Counted from the first letter of the whole stretch, positions 25,583-38,133 are shown. The stretch: 63,842 nt of DNA, filler included, from Octopus bimaculoides (GCF_001194135.2; 6 parts of 5 records of this genome joined end to end with filler, not necessarily neighbours in it), one strand, 5' to 3'. Numbers and translations are program-made. Notes: generated by a model not told the origin, from the letters alone.

Positions 25583-26489
25583 NNNNNNNNNNNNNNNNNN
25601 NNNNNNNNNNNNNNNNNNNNNNNNNNNNNNNNNNNNNNNNNNNNNNNNNNNNNNNNNNNNNNNNNNNNNNNNNNNNNNNNNNNNNNNNNNNNNNNNNNNN
25701 NNNNNNNNNNNNNNNNNNNNNNNNNNNNNNNNNNNNNNNNNNNNNNNNNNNNNNNNNNNNNNNNNNNNNNNNNNNNNNNNNNNNNNNNNNNNNNNNNNNN
25801 NNNNNNNNNNNNNNNNNNNNNNNNNNNNNNNNNNNNNNNNNNNNNNNNNNNNNNNNNNNNNNNNNNNNNNNNNNNNNNNNNNNNNNNNNNNNNNNNNNNN
25901 NNNNNNNNNNNNNNNNNNNNNNNNNNNNNNNNNNNNNNNNNNNNNNNNNNNNNNNNNNNNNNNNNNNNNNNNNNNNNNNNNNNNNNNNNNNNNNNNNNNN
26001 NNNNNNNNNNNNNNNNNNNNNNNNNNNNNNNNNNNNNNNNNNNNNNNNNNNNNNNNNNNNNNNNNNNNNNNNNNNNNNNNNNNNNNNNNNNNNNNNNNNN
26101 NNNNNNNNNNNNNNNNNNNNNNNNNNNNNNNNNNNNNNNNNNNNNNNNNNNNNNNNNNNNNNNNNNNNNNNNNNNNNNNNNNNNNNNNNNNNNNNNNNNN
26201 NNNNNNNNNNNNNNNNNNNNNNNNNNNNNNNNNNNNNNNNNNNNNNNNNNNNNNNNNNNNNNNNNNNNNNNNNNNNNNNNNNNNNNNNNNNNNNNNNNNN
26301 NNNNNNNNNNNNNNNNNNNNNNNNNNNNNNNNNNNNNNNNNNNNNNNNNNNNNNNNNNNNNNNNNNNNNNNNNNNNNNNNNNNNNNNNNNNNNNNNNNNN
26401 NNNNNNNNNNNNNNNNNNNNNNNNNNNNNNNNNNNNNNNNNNNNNNNNNNNNNNNNNNNNNNNNNNNNNNNNNNNNNNNNNNNNNNNNN

Positions 26490-26713
26490 GGCACATAAAA
26501 GACACCATTTCGAGCGTGGCCGTTTTCGTGCGGGTGACACGTAAAAGCACCCACTACACTCTCTGAGTGGTTGGCGTTAGGAAGGGCATCCAGCTGTAGA
26601 AACTCTGCCAAATCAGACTGGAGCCTGGTGTTGCCATCCGGTTTCACCAGTCCTCAGTCAAATCGTCCAACCCATGCTAGCATGGAAAGCGGACGTTAAA
26701 CGATGATGATGAT
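26490..26713 (+). mobile_element. Young SINE / RTE-type 3' end with (GAT)n tail
   Basis: CACTACACTCTCTGAGTGGTTGGCGTTAGGAAGGGCATCCAGC...GGACGTTAAACGATGATGAT; near-identical to 36740-36963. Confidence 0.85.
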
Positions 26714-26834
26714 GTGTGCTTATCCTTTTAGAGAAGAATAAGAATAAGAGCAAAAACAAGAATACAAGTGAAATATAGCCATAGTACAAAATTGTGGTGA
26801 GTATATATATACATACATATATATATATATATAT

Positions 26835-27727
26835 AGGGTCGTTCTCTGTGTTACTTGTACTGTTTCCCATTGTTTCCTCTCGTTTGTGTATTCAGCTCAT
26901 TTGTGTTCGTATTTCATGTTGTTTACTGTTGGTGATGTCCTGTATCCATATATGCATATATATACATATATACAGATATATATATTATTTATATTATTAT
27001 TTTATAGAACGACACACATCCATTTCCAAGTAAGTTTATCTTAATCTTTTTGATGCGACTCTATACTCTTTCCCCCCCCCCATCCGTCTCTAATTCCCTT
27101 TTTTCCCCTGCACTGTTTTCTATTTGTGTCGCTCTCTCTCCCCCTCTTTCTCTTTTTCTCTTTCTCATTGCTCACATGTGACCATCGTCCAGTTTTCTTT
27201 TCCTCACGTAACCATCTGCCTTTTCCTCCAGGATGTTCTAAGGACTGGACATCTATCTCTCTCTTCTATCGTTTCTCTTTTCAAAGAAAATATTTCTCCA
27301 GCATTCACTATTTTACCCTCGTTCTGGTCTAACTACTCTCCATGTTTGTTTTTGTTCGGTTTCCTTGTATGTCTCCACTATCCTGTCTTTGTTCCCAACT
27401 TTGACCTTCCATAAATCTCAAGTTTTATTTTGGCATTTATGAGAGCAACTGTCTTCGAAGACTCATATTGTCGTTGATTGCTCGAAATGGGGAGCATATA
27501 GACAGCTGCCAACTGATGAAGGGTCGACCTTTGTATCCTTTGTATTACTTGTTCTGTTTTCCATTTTTTCTCTTGTTATTTGCGTATTTAACTCATTTGT
27601 TTTCGTATTTCATGTTGTTTACCGTTTGTGACGTCTAGTACCTATATATGCATAATATATATACTTATGCATATATATATCTTATTTATATTACTTAATT
27701 GAACACCACGCATCCATTTCCAAGTAA
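26835..27727 (+). repeat. Pair of ~200-bp degenerate direct repeats (26835-27033 and 27520-27727), pseudo-LTR-like
   Basis: Shared CTCATTTGT(G/T)TTCGTATTTCATGTTGTTT and CATCCATTTCCAAGTAA; CTGATGA at 27513-27519 precedes the second copy. Confidence 0.7.
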
Positions 27728-27759
27728 TTTTATATATATGTGTGTGAATGTATGTATAT

Positions 27760-27975
27760 ATTTATGTGTGTGTGTATTTGTGTCTGTGTTTCTCCCCCAT
27801 CACCATTGCTTTACAACCGATGTTGGTGTGTTTGTGTCCCTGTAATTTAGCTGTTCAGCAGATGAGACTGATAGAATAAGCATCAGGCTTACAGGGATAA
27901 GTCCAGGGGCCAATTTCTTTGACTAAAGGGTGGTGCTGCAGCATGTCCACCGTCAAATAACTAAAAGATTAAAAT
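27760..27975 (+). mobile_element. 3' half of SINE family B
   Basis: CCGATGTTGGTGTGTTT..GATAGAATAAG..GGTGGTGCTGCAGCATG matches the reverse complement of 61613-61790. Confidence 0.75.
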
Positions 27976-28141
27976 AATACAAAACATTCCGTACCACTAA
28001 ACCAAGAGGGTTCTCTGAATATGTACGATGTATTTTAAGGCTAAATAATAATTCTGTTCACATTTGCGTAACAGATATTTTGGTTGGATTATATAGTTAT
28101 CGATTTTACATTTCTTTATATATTCTGTAACTTGCAATATA

Positions 28142-28346
28142 CTTTTCTACTATAGGCACAAGTTCTGAAATTTTTGTGGGGAAGGGGTCAGTTGATTAGA
28201 TGGACCCTGGTACTTAATTTATTGATCCCAAAAGGATGAAAGACAAAGTCTACCTTGGCAGAATTTGAACTCAGAATATAAAGACCGACAAAATACTGCT
28301 AAGCATTTCGCACGGCATGCTAATGATTCTGCCAGCTCGCTGCCTT
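28142..28346 (-). mobile_element. SINE family A copy
   Basis: Ends in ATTCTGCCAGCTCGCTGCC, the reverse complement of the family-A head. Confidence 0.85.
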
Positions 28347-30009
28347 TAACTGTCACAATATAGAAACATTTCTCATGGCACCAGTACACAATTTACAGTG
28401 CTTACATTTTTTGTTTTCCGTGAATTTTTCACAGGTTCAGCTAGTTAATAATATTATTACTAATACAATATTTATACACATGTACACACTAAACGATATA
28501 TGAACACACACACACATATATATATCCATGCATGCATGTGTGTATCTGTATATATTAAAAAACTAGTGTTTTTTTATATCCTGTCACTTAGTTGTTTAAC
28601 AATTCCAAATCAATAAAATGATTACACTAGGGTCAATATGATGAACTAAACAATCTTTGAAGTTGGTGTCTTAGCAAAGCTGCAGTACAAAGTTAAACCA
28701 GTAAAAGAATGTAATATGCCGGATATAATCAACTGATGTTACTTCTATACATGCACTGAAGAAAGATATCCTACTAAGCTTAATGAAAATAGAGAAATTA
28801 TGTGAAGAGGAATTCTTTTGTAATACTAACCCCATTCCGAGCTTTATCTTCACTATATTGGGTAGCTACTTCATTAAACTTCATGCCACTTTTTAATTTC
28901 TCGATGGCTTCTAAAGCCTTTGATTGTTTCTCACACAGAATATGTCGCACCTGAAATGACAAAAATAAAAACTCATAATTTTTTGTTTTTATATTTAGTG
29001 ATATGATTTATATATCTAATTTTAAATTAATGGCGAGGAAATTCACTAACTATTTCATCAAACAACAGATCTGTGGGTCGTATCTGCATCAAAGGATTAC
29101 TCAATCAGAACTGAATAACAATTTAATTAGAAAACAAGTATTGATCTACATCTTTAGTAAGACTAGTGATTCTAAAGGAGGCCCATATTGCTCCTGGCAG
29201 GGCAGCATTAAGAGCCATAATGGGGGCTGTGAGCAAAATCATCTAATAAAGAGGAGTGGCTTAAGAGCAATAGAGAAGGTGATGAACAAAATTATATCAC
29301 AATACCAAAAACAAAAAAAAATTCTTTTTGACCACATTACTTTGATGGCACTTCATAAGAATAACTAAGACAGTAAGCATTATTTATTAATGTAATCTTT
29401 GGGTGGGGGAGCCTCTCCCATTAACCCTTTCCTTACAAACGTGCTCAAAAATGCTCAAGATTTTTTGGTTTACATTACCAACCTGCCCTCATGTTTAAAT
29501 GGGAATCTCAGCACAAATCTCATTAGTACATTAGTGAAATCATGTGATTTCACTACATAAGCAATTGAATTACAGTGCCCGACATTACTTGATGCGATAT
29601 CTGAATTTTTGAGATTTTTTTTCTGTATTTTTTCTACATCAATTTTCTGAAATATTTTTACCACAAAAGAAAAAAAGAACACAGTGTATACACATATTCA
29701 CACTTATACATAGAGAGACAGGCAAAATAAAATAAAATGAAAATAAAAATATGATAAACATTGTGTATCTCTCTCTCTCTCCCTATGTGGTTTTGGCATA
29801 TATGTACACACAAAACACACACTTCCAGATGTCTGGTGAACTGTGTCTATATTGGTTGTAGAAGGGAGATGGTAAAATAAAGTGACAGATACAGTTAACC
29901 AGACATCCAGGAGTGTGCATTTGTGAGTATGTGATTGCATGTGCGTATATTTCAAACATGTGAAATTGTTCCATGTATTATTATTGTGTGTACATGTGTG
30001 TATATATAT

Positions 30010-30947
30010 ATTACATATCCAGCAGAGCATACGGGCTTCATTTCTTTCAAGCCTTCATATATCCTCAGTAGTCAGAGCCTATGTCTCACTGCCATGTAGC
30101 ATAGCTGCCTTTCACTCTGAGGGAGAGGCTCTTCATTACTAACAGAGTAGTAGCTCTCTGAACTTCACCTCACCTATTCTGATTCTAGCAGCAATGCTTT
30201 CAGAACAACCTCCTCTACAACTAAATTTGTTACCTAAGATACAAAAACTGTCTACTATTTCTAAGGATTCCCCCCAACATTTGAGAGAGTCTATTTTTTG
30301 TACATTCCTGGTGCTTAATGTACCTGCACATCTGCCATATGTAAAGACTACCTTCTCTGTTAGTCTTCCAGTGCACCTCTTATGTGTCCGTAGCTTGTAC
30401 TGAGTACACTGTATGGAGTTTCTCACAACACCTTTTCTACATATGAAGCTGGGCCATCTTCCTGAAGGGATCTGTAATTTGTCTGTTTTCCTATTTATCA
30501 AGACTTTGGTCTTTGCTAAATTAACTCTAAGATCCTTTGATTCCAGTTCATGCTTCCATACATGAAATATCTTCTCTAGTTCTAGCAGTGATTCAGCAAT
30601 AAGAACAAGGTTATCGGCACAAAGGAGCTCTCAAGGACAGCCAGTCTTAAATTCCTCAGTTATAGTTTGGAGGACTATGATAAACAAGAGGGAGCTAAGA
30701 ACCAATCCCTAGTGGACTCCTACTTGGACACTTAATTCCTTGCTACACCATTGGTGACTTTCATCTTACTAACAGCAAACCTGCATATGGCTTGTACAGC
30801 TCTCACCAACTACTCATCTATCTCTAGCTTCCACAGTGACTACTGGATAAGGGAGAATGGGAACCCTGTCAAAGCCAGATACAGAAGTTTATTTTTGGCC
30901 AAGTATTTCTCTTGAAGTTGCCTCACCAGGAAGATAGCATTGGTGGT
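30010..30947 (-). mobile_element. RTE-clade LINE RT fragment (inverted 5' segment of a two-part insertion)
   Basis: TTNAIFLVRQLQEKY; VGVH*GLVLSSLLF; ELLCADNLVLIAES; VNLAKTK; decayed Cys-rich insert; AMLHGSET; ERNEARMLCWICN. Confidence 0.88.
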
Positions 30948-31400
30948 GTGCAAGAAAGATGAATACGCTGGTATGGTCATGTGATGCATATGGACGAGGA
31001 CAGCTGTGTAAAGAAGTGCCAATCTCTAACTGTGAAGGGAACCTGTGGTAGAGCTAGACCCAGGAACACGCACCTTTCAAGTGTTGGGCCTCATGGAGGC
31101 AATGACAAATGACTGAGACCTTTGGCAATATGCTGTGATTGAGAAGAAGATCCATCAAGTCAAGTGAAATTGTAGTCATGACAGTTACTGGTGTCATGCA
31201 ACTGGCACCCATGCCAGTGGCATGTAAAAGCATCCATTACACTCTCAGAGTGGTTGGCATTAGGAAGGGCATCCAGCCATAGAAACCATGTCAAATTAGA
31301 CTGGAGTCTGGTGCAGTCCCTCAGATTACCAGTCCTGATCAAACCATCCAATCCATGCCAGCGTGGACAACGGACGTAATGAAGATAATGATGATGGTAT
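30944..31400 (+). mobile_element. RTE-clade LINE 3' end (C-terminus, 3' UTR, GAT-type tail)
   Basis: GVQER..RWYGHVMHMDEDSCVKKC..GRARPR, followed by the GAGTGGTTGGCATTAGGAAGGGCATCCAGC 3' UTR. Confidence 0.88.
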
Positions 31401-31414
31401 TGATATATATATAC

Positions 31415-31496
<82 letters not shown>

Positions 31497-31519
31497 GAGA
31501 CACACACACACACACACTG

Positions 31520-31870
31520 ATATCTTTTTGTATACGTCCATCGCTTGCACTGAGTGCACCTTATAGAATTCCTACCTACACTTTTCTACATAACAAACAA
31601 GACCATCTCCCTGAAGGCATTAATGATTTGTCTGCTTTCCTACTTATTAGAACTTTGGTCTTTGCCAAATTAACTTTAAGAACCTTTGATTCAAGTCCTT
31701 GCTTCTGCACCTGAAATTTTTTCTCTAATTCTAATAGAGATTCAGCTATAAGAATAAGATCATCAACATAGAGGAGCTCCCAAGGGCAGCCAGTCTTAAA
31801 TTTCTCCATTATGGTTTGGAGGGTTATGATAAACAAGAGGGTACTGAGAACTGATCGTTGGTGAACTCCT
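31520..31870 (-). mobile_element. Another RTE-clade RT fragment of the same family
   Basis: LFIITLQTIMEKFKTGCPWELLYVDDLILIAES..VNLAKTK..GRWSCLLCRK. Confidence 0.88.
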
Positions 31871-32319
31871 ATCTGTACATAATATGCTGGTGTATCTCAA
31901 GTAACATGGTTATGGTGTATAAAAAGACAATAGATTAACGCCGTTAGTAGGAGAGGGCAGGAAGTTAAAGGAGGAGGATGAAATATTTTAACTGAATAAA
32001 TCAGGGGAATTTAATTTAAGAGAGGTTAAATGTACTTCAGAACAAGGCAAGAGAAAATGAAAAAGTGTAAAAGAACAAGATTTTAATACACTACACAAAC
32101 ATCAAAAAAACCCCAAGAAAAATAGTTTCTGGAACAATGCATGAAATATAAAAAATTCTCAAAGAATCTTGAAAAATTGTGAAGGTTTCAGAGTCATAAG
32201 TTATAAAGTTTCAAAGTTTAAATACAGACAGACAGGCAGATAAGTAAATGGAAAGACAGGACCTACAAGTGGCATGTGATCTGTGGATAGCCTTGTTGCT
32301 AGTACACCATGCAAGATTC

Positions 32320-32415
32320 AAAACATAGCGTGGTATATGGAATAATGTGTTCTTGTGGTGAAACATACATAGGACTGACAAAGAGATAGTTTCCCATCAG
32401 AGTGAAGGAATGCTT
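32320..32415 (+). mobile_element. Penelope-like GIY-YIG endonuclease remnant
   Basis: HSVVYGIMCSCGETYIGLTKR*FPIRVKEC (VVY..CSCG..YIG.T.R). Confidence 0.7.
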
Positions 32416-32909
32416 CTACAAGGCCACACCACCCATGATACTTCTTTGGGAAACTTCCAAGCCTCTTTCATTGTAGAATCACTAAGTGCAAGTGAATCAT
32501 CATACATGTGAACACACTTCTCTCCTACCACATCATGATTTTCTCTGACACACTGTCAACCCAAAACACCCCAAGCCTCTGGACCTCATGTTACAGAACT
32601 TTGGCAAACTCCTTTCTTTCTACTTCTCTTCTAGGTTTCCTTCTAGTAACCCAATATAATACTCTGCTGCTACCATTCCTCCAGGTCTGTTTATTCACTC
32701 TAATGGTCATGTCCACTACACTGTTCCTTGACCATGTGACCCTAGGCCTGGTTGGGTCTTTGCACCAGCCACAAATTTGGTCAAAGGCCCCCATTAAGAT
32801 GATACATAGGAACTATATATATATATTAGTTTCNNNNNNNNNNNNNNNNNNNNNNNNNNNNNNNNNNNNNNNNNNNNNNNNNNNNNNNNNNNNNNNNNNN
32901 NTTAGTTTC

Positions 32910-33078
32910 TTTTTTTGACACAACACCAGCAATTTCAGGACAGGAGTTAGTCAATTACATCAACCCCAGTGTTCAACTGGTACTTACCTTATCGACCCTG
33001 AAAGGATGAAGGTGAAATCAACCTCAGCAGAATCTGAACTCAGAACATAAAGACAAATGAAATGCCAGCTTGCTGCCG
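32910..33078 (-). mobile_element. SINE family A copy
   Basis: TTATCGACCCTGAAAGGATGAA..AACCTCAGCAGAATCTGAACTCAGAAC. Confidence 0.8.
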
Positions 33079-34682
33079 TATTTCAAAACAGTGCCATCTC
33101 ATTGATTATGTCATCGCCTGCAAACATGACAGCAGTGACGTCCTCATCAGCAGGGCAATACATGGAGTGGAGTGCTGAACAGACCACAGGCTCAATAAGA
33201 GCAAGCTCAACATCCACATAGTTCCCCAGCACCACAAGCACTCAAAGCTCATTAGATTGGCCTTCAACATAGCCAAACTCCTCCCAGCCTTTTTGAGAAG
33301 TTTGAGGCAGTAGGACTGCTAACTGGTGGACCAGAGGAGAAGCTCAAAGAAGTAATCACATAGACAGCCAAAACAGTTCTAGGGCCAAAGAAAAGCTTCA
33401 CCGAGAGTGGTTTGATGACAATGATGAGGCTGTACAAGCACTGTTGGATGATAAGAGAAAAGCCTACACTAATTCACAGAACCATCCAAACTTCTCATGA
33501 CATGACAGATATATGAACCTTCAAACCAGGACCCAGAGAGAGAGCTCCACAGTATGCAAGACAGATGGTGGGAACAAAAAGCCAAGGAAGTGCAGCTGTA
33601 TGTCAACACCAACAACTCCAAGATGCTGTACAATGCAATCAAGGCCATCTACGACCCTTTCAGAAGTGGAACAGCCCCCACTCCCTGATGTTCACCAATG
33701 GTTTGACCACCATCAAAGACAAAGAAGGAATCAGGGCGAGATGGGAGGAGCACTTCAACTAACTCCTAAACTGGCCAGCCATTGTTGACCAGGAAGCATT
33801 GCAGCAAATACCTTAGAAGCCTCTACTTGAAGAGTCACTTGGCATAAGCTGAGGTCAAGACTACCAAAGAAGAAATGAACAGTGGCAAAGCTCCAGGGGT
33901 AGATGAAATTCCTGCAGAACTGTACAAAGCACTACATGGTACCATGTCTTTTGATGCATTCCACAACATTCTTGTGTCCATTTGGGATGAAGGATTGTAT
34001 GTCAGCAGATTTCCAAGATGTCACCATAGTTATGCTCAGACAAACCAGACTGCAGAAATTACAAGGGCATTTCCCTGCTTTCAATTGCTGGAAAAATCCA
34101 GGCTCATGTCCTCTTTAACAGGCTCATCACCAGCATCTCTGAGAGCAATTTGCCTGCAGCCCAGTGTAGAGTCTACCCTGGCCACAACACCATAGACATG
34201 GTGTTTGCTGTACATCAAGTCAAAGAGTATTGGATAACAGATGGATTTGTATTCTATGTTCGTAGACCTGACCCAAGCTTTTAACACAATCAACAGAGAA
34301 ACTTTGTGGATTATCCTAAGTTGAGCTGCCCACACAAGTTCAGTACCACTTGCAGACCATTACCAACCACTTGCAGACCATTACCAACCACTTTGCAGAA
34401 GCATCAAGGCACATTGGACTGGCCATCAGCCTTGGGGAAATGGAGGTCCTCGTCCAACCAGCCCTGAACACACTTCACTATCAGCCAAACATCACCATTG
34501 AGGGAGTCCAGCTGAAGTGTAAGAAGAGTTTCAAGTACTGCAGCAGCACAATCTCAGCTGATGGATCACTGGGGATCAAAATCTCACCCAGAAACCACAA
34601 GGCCAGCTAAGCACTTAGAAGACTGAAAGTGAAAATCGGCCAGCAGAATGGCATCAGACTATCAACAAAGCTCAAGGTCTAT
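33079..34682 (+). mobile_element. RTE/BovB-like LINE fragment (endonuclease end through RT), internally deleted
   Basis: HLIDYVI, C*TDHRL, ARWEEHFN, GKAPGVDEIPAELYK, NYKGISLLSIAGK, DMVFAVHQ, FVDLTQAFNTINRE, LSTKLKVY. Confidence 0.9.
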
Positions 34683-34862
34683 GGTGCAGGAGTTGCTGTG
34701 TGGTAAGAAGTTTGCTTCTCAACCACATGGTTCCAGGTTCAATCCCACTGCGTGACACCTTGGGCAAGTGTCTTCTACTATAGCCTCGGGCTGACCAAAG
34801 CCTTGTGTGGGTTTGATAGACAGAAACGGAAAGAAGCCCATCATGTGTGTGTGTGTGTGTGT
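34683..34862 (+). mobile_element. SINE family B, tRNA-like head, inserted in the BovB-like LINE
   Basis: GGTGCAGGAGTTGCTGTGTGGTAAG (A box), GGTTCAATCCC (B box), CCTTGGGCAAGTGTCTT, (TG)n. Confidence 0.9.
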
Positions 34863-35045
34863 GAACACTAGTCAATGTGAATTGCTGCAGACAGATCAGT
34901 GTGTAGCATCCACCTCAATCCAGGCAACAGACTATCATTGTGACACCTGTGGGTACCTGTGTGCTTCTAGCTTTGGACTGTAGAATTATATACCCTCTTA
35001 ACACTGAGAACACAGACTTCATCATAGCTGGACACCGATAGACTA

Positions 35046-35050
<5 letters not shown>
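34863..35050 (+). mobile_element. 3' end of the BovB-like LINE
   Basis: CDTCGYLCASSFGL resembles the CxxCxxxCxSRIGL terminal Zn-finger; short 3' UTR ending GACTACCATC before (TA)n. Confidence 0.6.
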
Positions 35051-35119
<69 letters not shown>

Positions 35120-35135
35120 TATATATATATATATA
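35051..35135. repeat. (TA)n microsatellite
   Basis: Seen directly. Confidence 0.95.
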
Positions 35136-35319
35136 ATAATGATAATAATAATAATAATATTGGGGATAAAAATCCAAATTTACAGGTAAAAACTCAAATT
35201 CAGTTTATTAAAAATTAAAATAAATTAAGTTTCACAGTATAAAATATATAAATATATAGTTTTAGAGAAAAGAACCAAAGTTCATGAACTCATCAATAAA
35301 AATCCACAGACACATATAG

Positions 35320-35580
35320 ATTTGTTACTCTGTCCTGCCAGTGAATACCCATGATCCTCTGCTGTGCCCTTGTGTGGAAACTGTTCCAGCTGGTTGATGT
35401 GCTGGCAGTATGGGGTCCATGTTTTACATCCATGTAGTGTAGAGATGACTACTACCTTTACTCGTTTACTTGTTTCAGTCATTTGACTGTGGCCATGCTG
35501 GAGCACTTCCTTTAGTCAAACAAATTGACCCCAGGACTTATTCTCTGTAAGCCTAGTACTTATTCTATCAGTCTCTTTTT
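35320..35580 (-). mobile_element. Inverted block: SINE-B tail (35456-35580) plus the continuation of the BovB-like LINE (35320-35455)
   Basis: Minus strand reads VVVISTLHGCKTWTPYCQHINQLEQF..IMGIHWQDRVTN, the sequence expected directly after KLKVY; flanked by 74-bp inverted repeats. Confidence 0.8.
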
Positions 35581-36646
35581 CTATATGTGACTGTGGATTT
35601 TTATTGATGAGTTCATGAACTTTGGTTCTTTTCTCTAAAACTACATATTTATATTTCGTATGTGTATTTCGTGTGCAAGATTCTTGATGTGGATACGTGT
35701 GTTGAAAGAAATACAATTAAACCTTGGGAGAGGCATTATGCCGGTAATAAACANNNNNNNNNNNNNNNNNNNNNNNNNNNNNNNNNNNNNNNNNNNNNNN
35801 NNNNNNNNNNNNNNNNNNNNNNNNNNNNNNNNNNNNNNNNNNNNNNNNNNNNNNNNNNNNNNNNNNNNNNNNNNNNNNNNNNNNNNNNNNNNNNNNNNNN
35901 NNNNNNNNNNNNNNNNNNNNNNNNNNNNNNNNNNNNNNNNNNNNNNNNNNNNNNNNNNNNNNNNNNNNNNNNNNNNNNNNNNNNNNNNNNNNNNNNNNNN
36001 NNNNNNNNNNNNNNNNNNNNNNNNNNNNNNNNNNNNNNNNNNNNNNNNNNNNNNNNNNNNNNNNNNNNNNNNNNNNNNNNNNNNNNNNNNNNNNNNNNNN
36101 NNNNNNNNNNNNNNNNNNNNNNNNNNNNNNNNNNNNNNNNNNNNNNNNNNNNNNNNNNNNNNNNNNNNNNNNNNNNNNNNNNNNNNNNNNNNNNNNNNNN
36201 NNNNNNNNNNNNNNNNNNNNNNNNNNNNNNNNNNNNNNNNNNNNNNNNNNNNNNNNNNNNNNNNNNNNNNNNNNNNNNNNNNNNNNNNNNNNNNNNNNNN
36301 NNNNNNNNNNNNNNNNNNNNNNNNNNNNNNNNNNNNNNNNNNNNNNNNNNNNNNNNNNNNNNNNNNNNNNNNNNNNNNNNNNNNNNNNNNNNNNNNNNNN
36401 NNNNNNNNNNNNNNNNNNNNNNNNNNNNNNNNNNNNNNNNNNNNNNNNNNNNNNNNNNNNNNNNNNNNNNNNNNNNNNNNNNNNNNNNNNNNNNNNNNNN
36501 NNNNNNNNNNNNNNNNNNNNNNNNNNNNNNNNNNNNNNNNNNNNNNNNNNNNNNNNNNNNNNNNNNNNNNNNNNNNNNNNNNNNNNNNNNNNNNNNNNNN
36601 NNNNNNNNNNNNNNNNNNNNNNNNNNNNNNNNNNNNNNNNNNNNNN

Positions 36647-36738
36647 AATTGATCTCCCTGGTTTTTCTATAACATTTATCCTCAACTTGGTACTTTTGAG
36701 GATTTTTCGAAATCTGCGGGCCAGTTCTCCGTGTGGCG
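36647..36738 (-). mobile_element. Penelope-like element fragment (RT thumb/linker)
   Basis: TPHGELARRFRKILKSTKLRINVIEKPGRSI resembles the TPxGELAxxLR..IxVVExxGxxL segment of PLEs. Confidence 0.55.
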
Positions 36739-36972
36739 TGGCACATAAAAGACACCATTTCGAGCGTGGCCGTTTTCGTGCGGGTGACACGTAAAAGCAC
36801 CCACTACACTCTCTGAGTGGTTGGCGTTAGGAAGGGCATCCAGCTGTAGAAACTCTGCCAAATCAGATTGGAGCCTGGTGTAGCCATCTGGTTTCACCAG
36901 TCCTCAGTCCAATTGTCCAACCCATGCTAGCATGGAAAGCGGACGTTAAACGACGATGATGATGATGATGAT
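36739..36972 (+). mobile_element. Young SINE / RTE-type 3' end with (GAT)n tail
   Basis: About 6 mismatches in ~224 bp versus 26490-26713. Confidence 0.85.
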
Positions 36973-37870
36973 ATGTACGAGTATGTATGTGTGTGCATGT
37001 GTATGTATGTGTGGTGTGTGTGGGAGGTATATGTGTGTTCAAGTGTGTGTGCACATGCATATGTGCGTGTGTGCATGGAGTTGTGTGTGCATGGAGTTGT
37101 GTGTGGAGGCATATGTATGTTCCTCTGTGTGTGCAAGCATGCAAATCTGTGTGTGTGTGTGTGCAGTTGGGTATGCATGTGGGGTTATATGTGTTGAGGT
37201 ATATGTACGTTCCTCTGTGTGTGTGTGTGTGTGCGTGTATGTGCGTGTGTGTGTGTATGTGCATGTATGTGTGTTGTGTATGTGTGTGTGGGAGGTATAT
37301 GTGCATTCATGTCGGTGTGTGTGTGCATGTGTAAATGTGTGTGTGTATATAAGTGTTGCATGGGGTTGTGTGGAGGTATATGTGTATTCCTGCATGCATG
37401 CATGTGCATATGTGCATGTGTGTATATGTGCGTGTGTATGCTTATATGTGTGCATGTGTGTGTGGAGGCATATGTACGTTCCTATGCATGTGTGTGGTTG
37501 GGTGTGCATGTGGAGTTGTGTGTGCATGTATGTGTTGATGTGTGTGTGTATGTGTGTGTGTGCATAGGGTTGTGTGTGTGGAGGTATACATGCATTCCTG
37601 CACGTATGTATGTGTGTGCATGTATATGCGTTTATGTGTGTGGGTGTATGTGTGTGTATGTGTGTGGTGTGTGTGGGAAGTATATGTGCATTAATGTCTG
37701 TGAGCATGAGTATGTGTGTGCATGTATGTGTTGATGTGTGTGTGTATATGTGAGTGTCTGCGTGGGGTTGTGTGTGTGTGGGAGGTGTATGTGAGTTCAT
37801 TTGTGTGTGCATGTATATGTGTGCACATGTGTATGTATGTGTGTGTATGTATGTGTGCATTTGTGTATAT
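36973..37870. repeat. ~900-bp degenerate TG-rich satellite (recurrent GGAGGTATATGT / GGAGTTGTGTGTG units)
   Basis: Seen directly; source of the C/V/M/H/T-rich ORFs. Confidence 0.85.
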
Positions 37871-38133
37871 AAAATAAAATAAGATAGATAAAAATAATAA
37901 AGGAAAAAGGAAAAATTACAAGATGAAAAAATAAAATTAAATAAAAAAAATGAAATAGAAAATAACAGATACAAAATTAAAAAACGATAAATTATAAATT
38001 AATACAATTATATAAAAAAGTAAAAGGAGAGAATAAATAGATAAAAGGAAATAAAAGGATCAAAATAAACAATAAAAAACAAATAAAAGTGTAAAAAAGT
38101 GAGTGAGCATAAGATAGGATAAAAAGTTATTTT

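Noticed and set aside
28660-29370. Open frames with splice-like boundaries near 28670-28860 and 29160-29280
   Set aside because: No consistent phase chain and no recognisable domain.
36863-37974. 200-311 aa His/Thr- or Cys/Val-rich ORFs
   Set aside because: They are translations of the TG-rich satellite, not metallothionein-like or His-rich proteins. The same applies to similar ORFs at 1-340, 1681-1982, 58051-58925 and 61005-61965.
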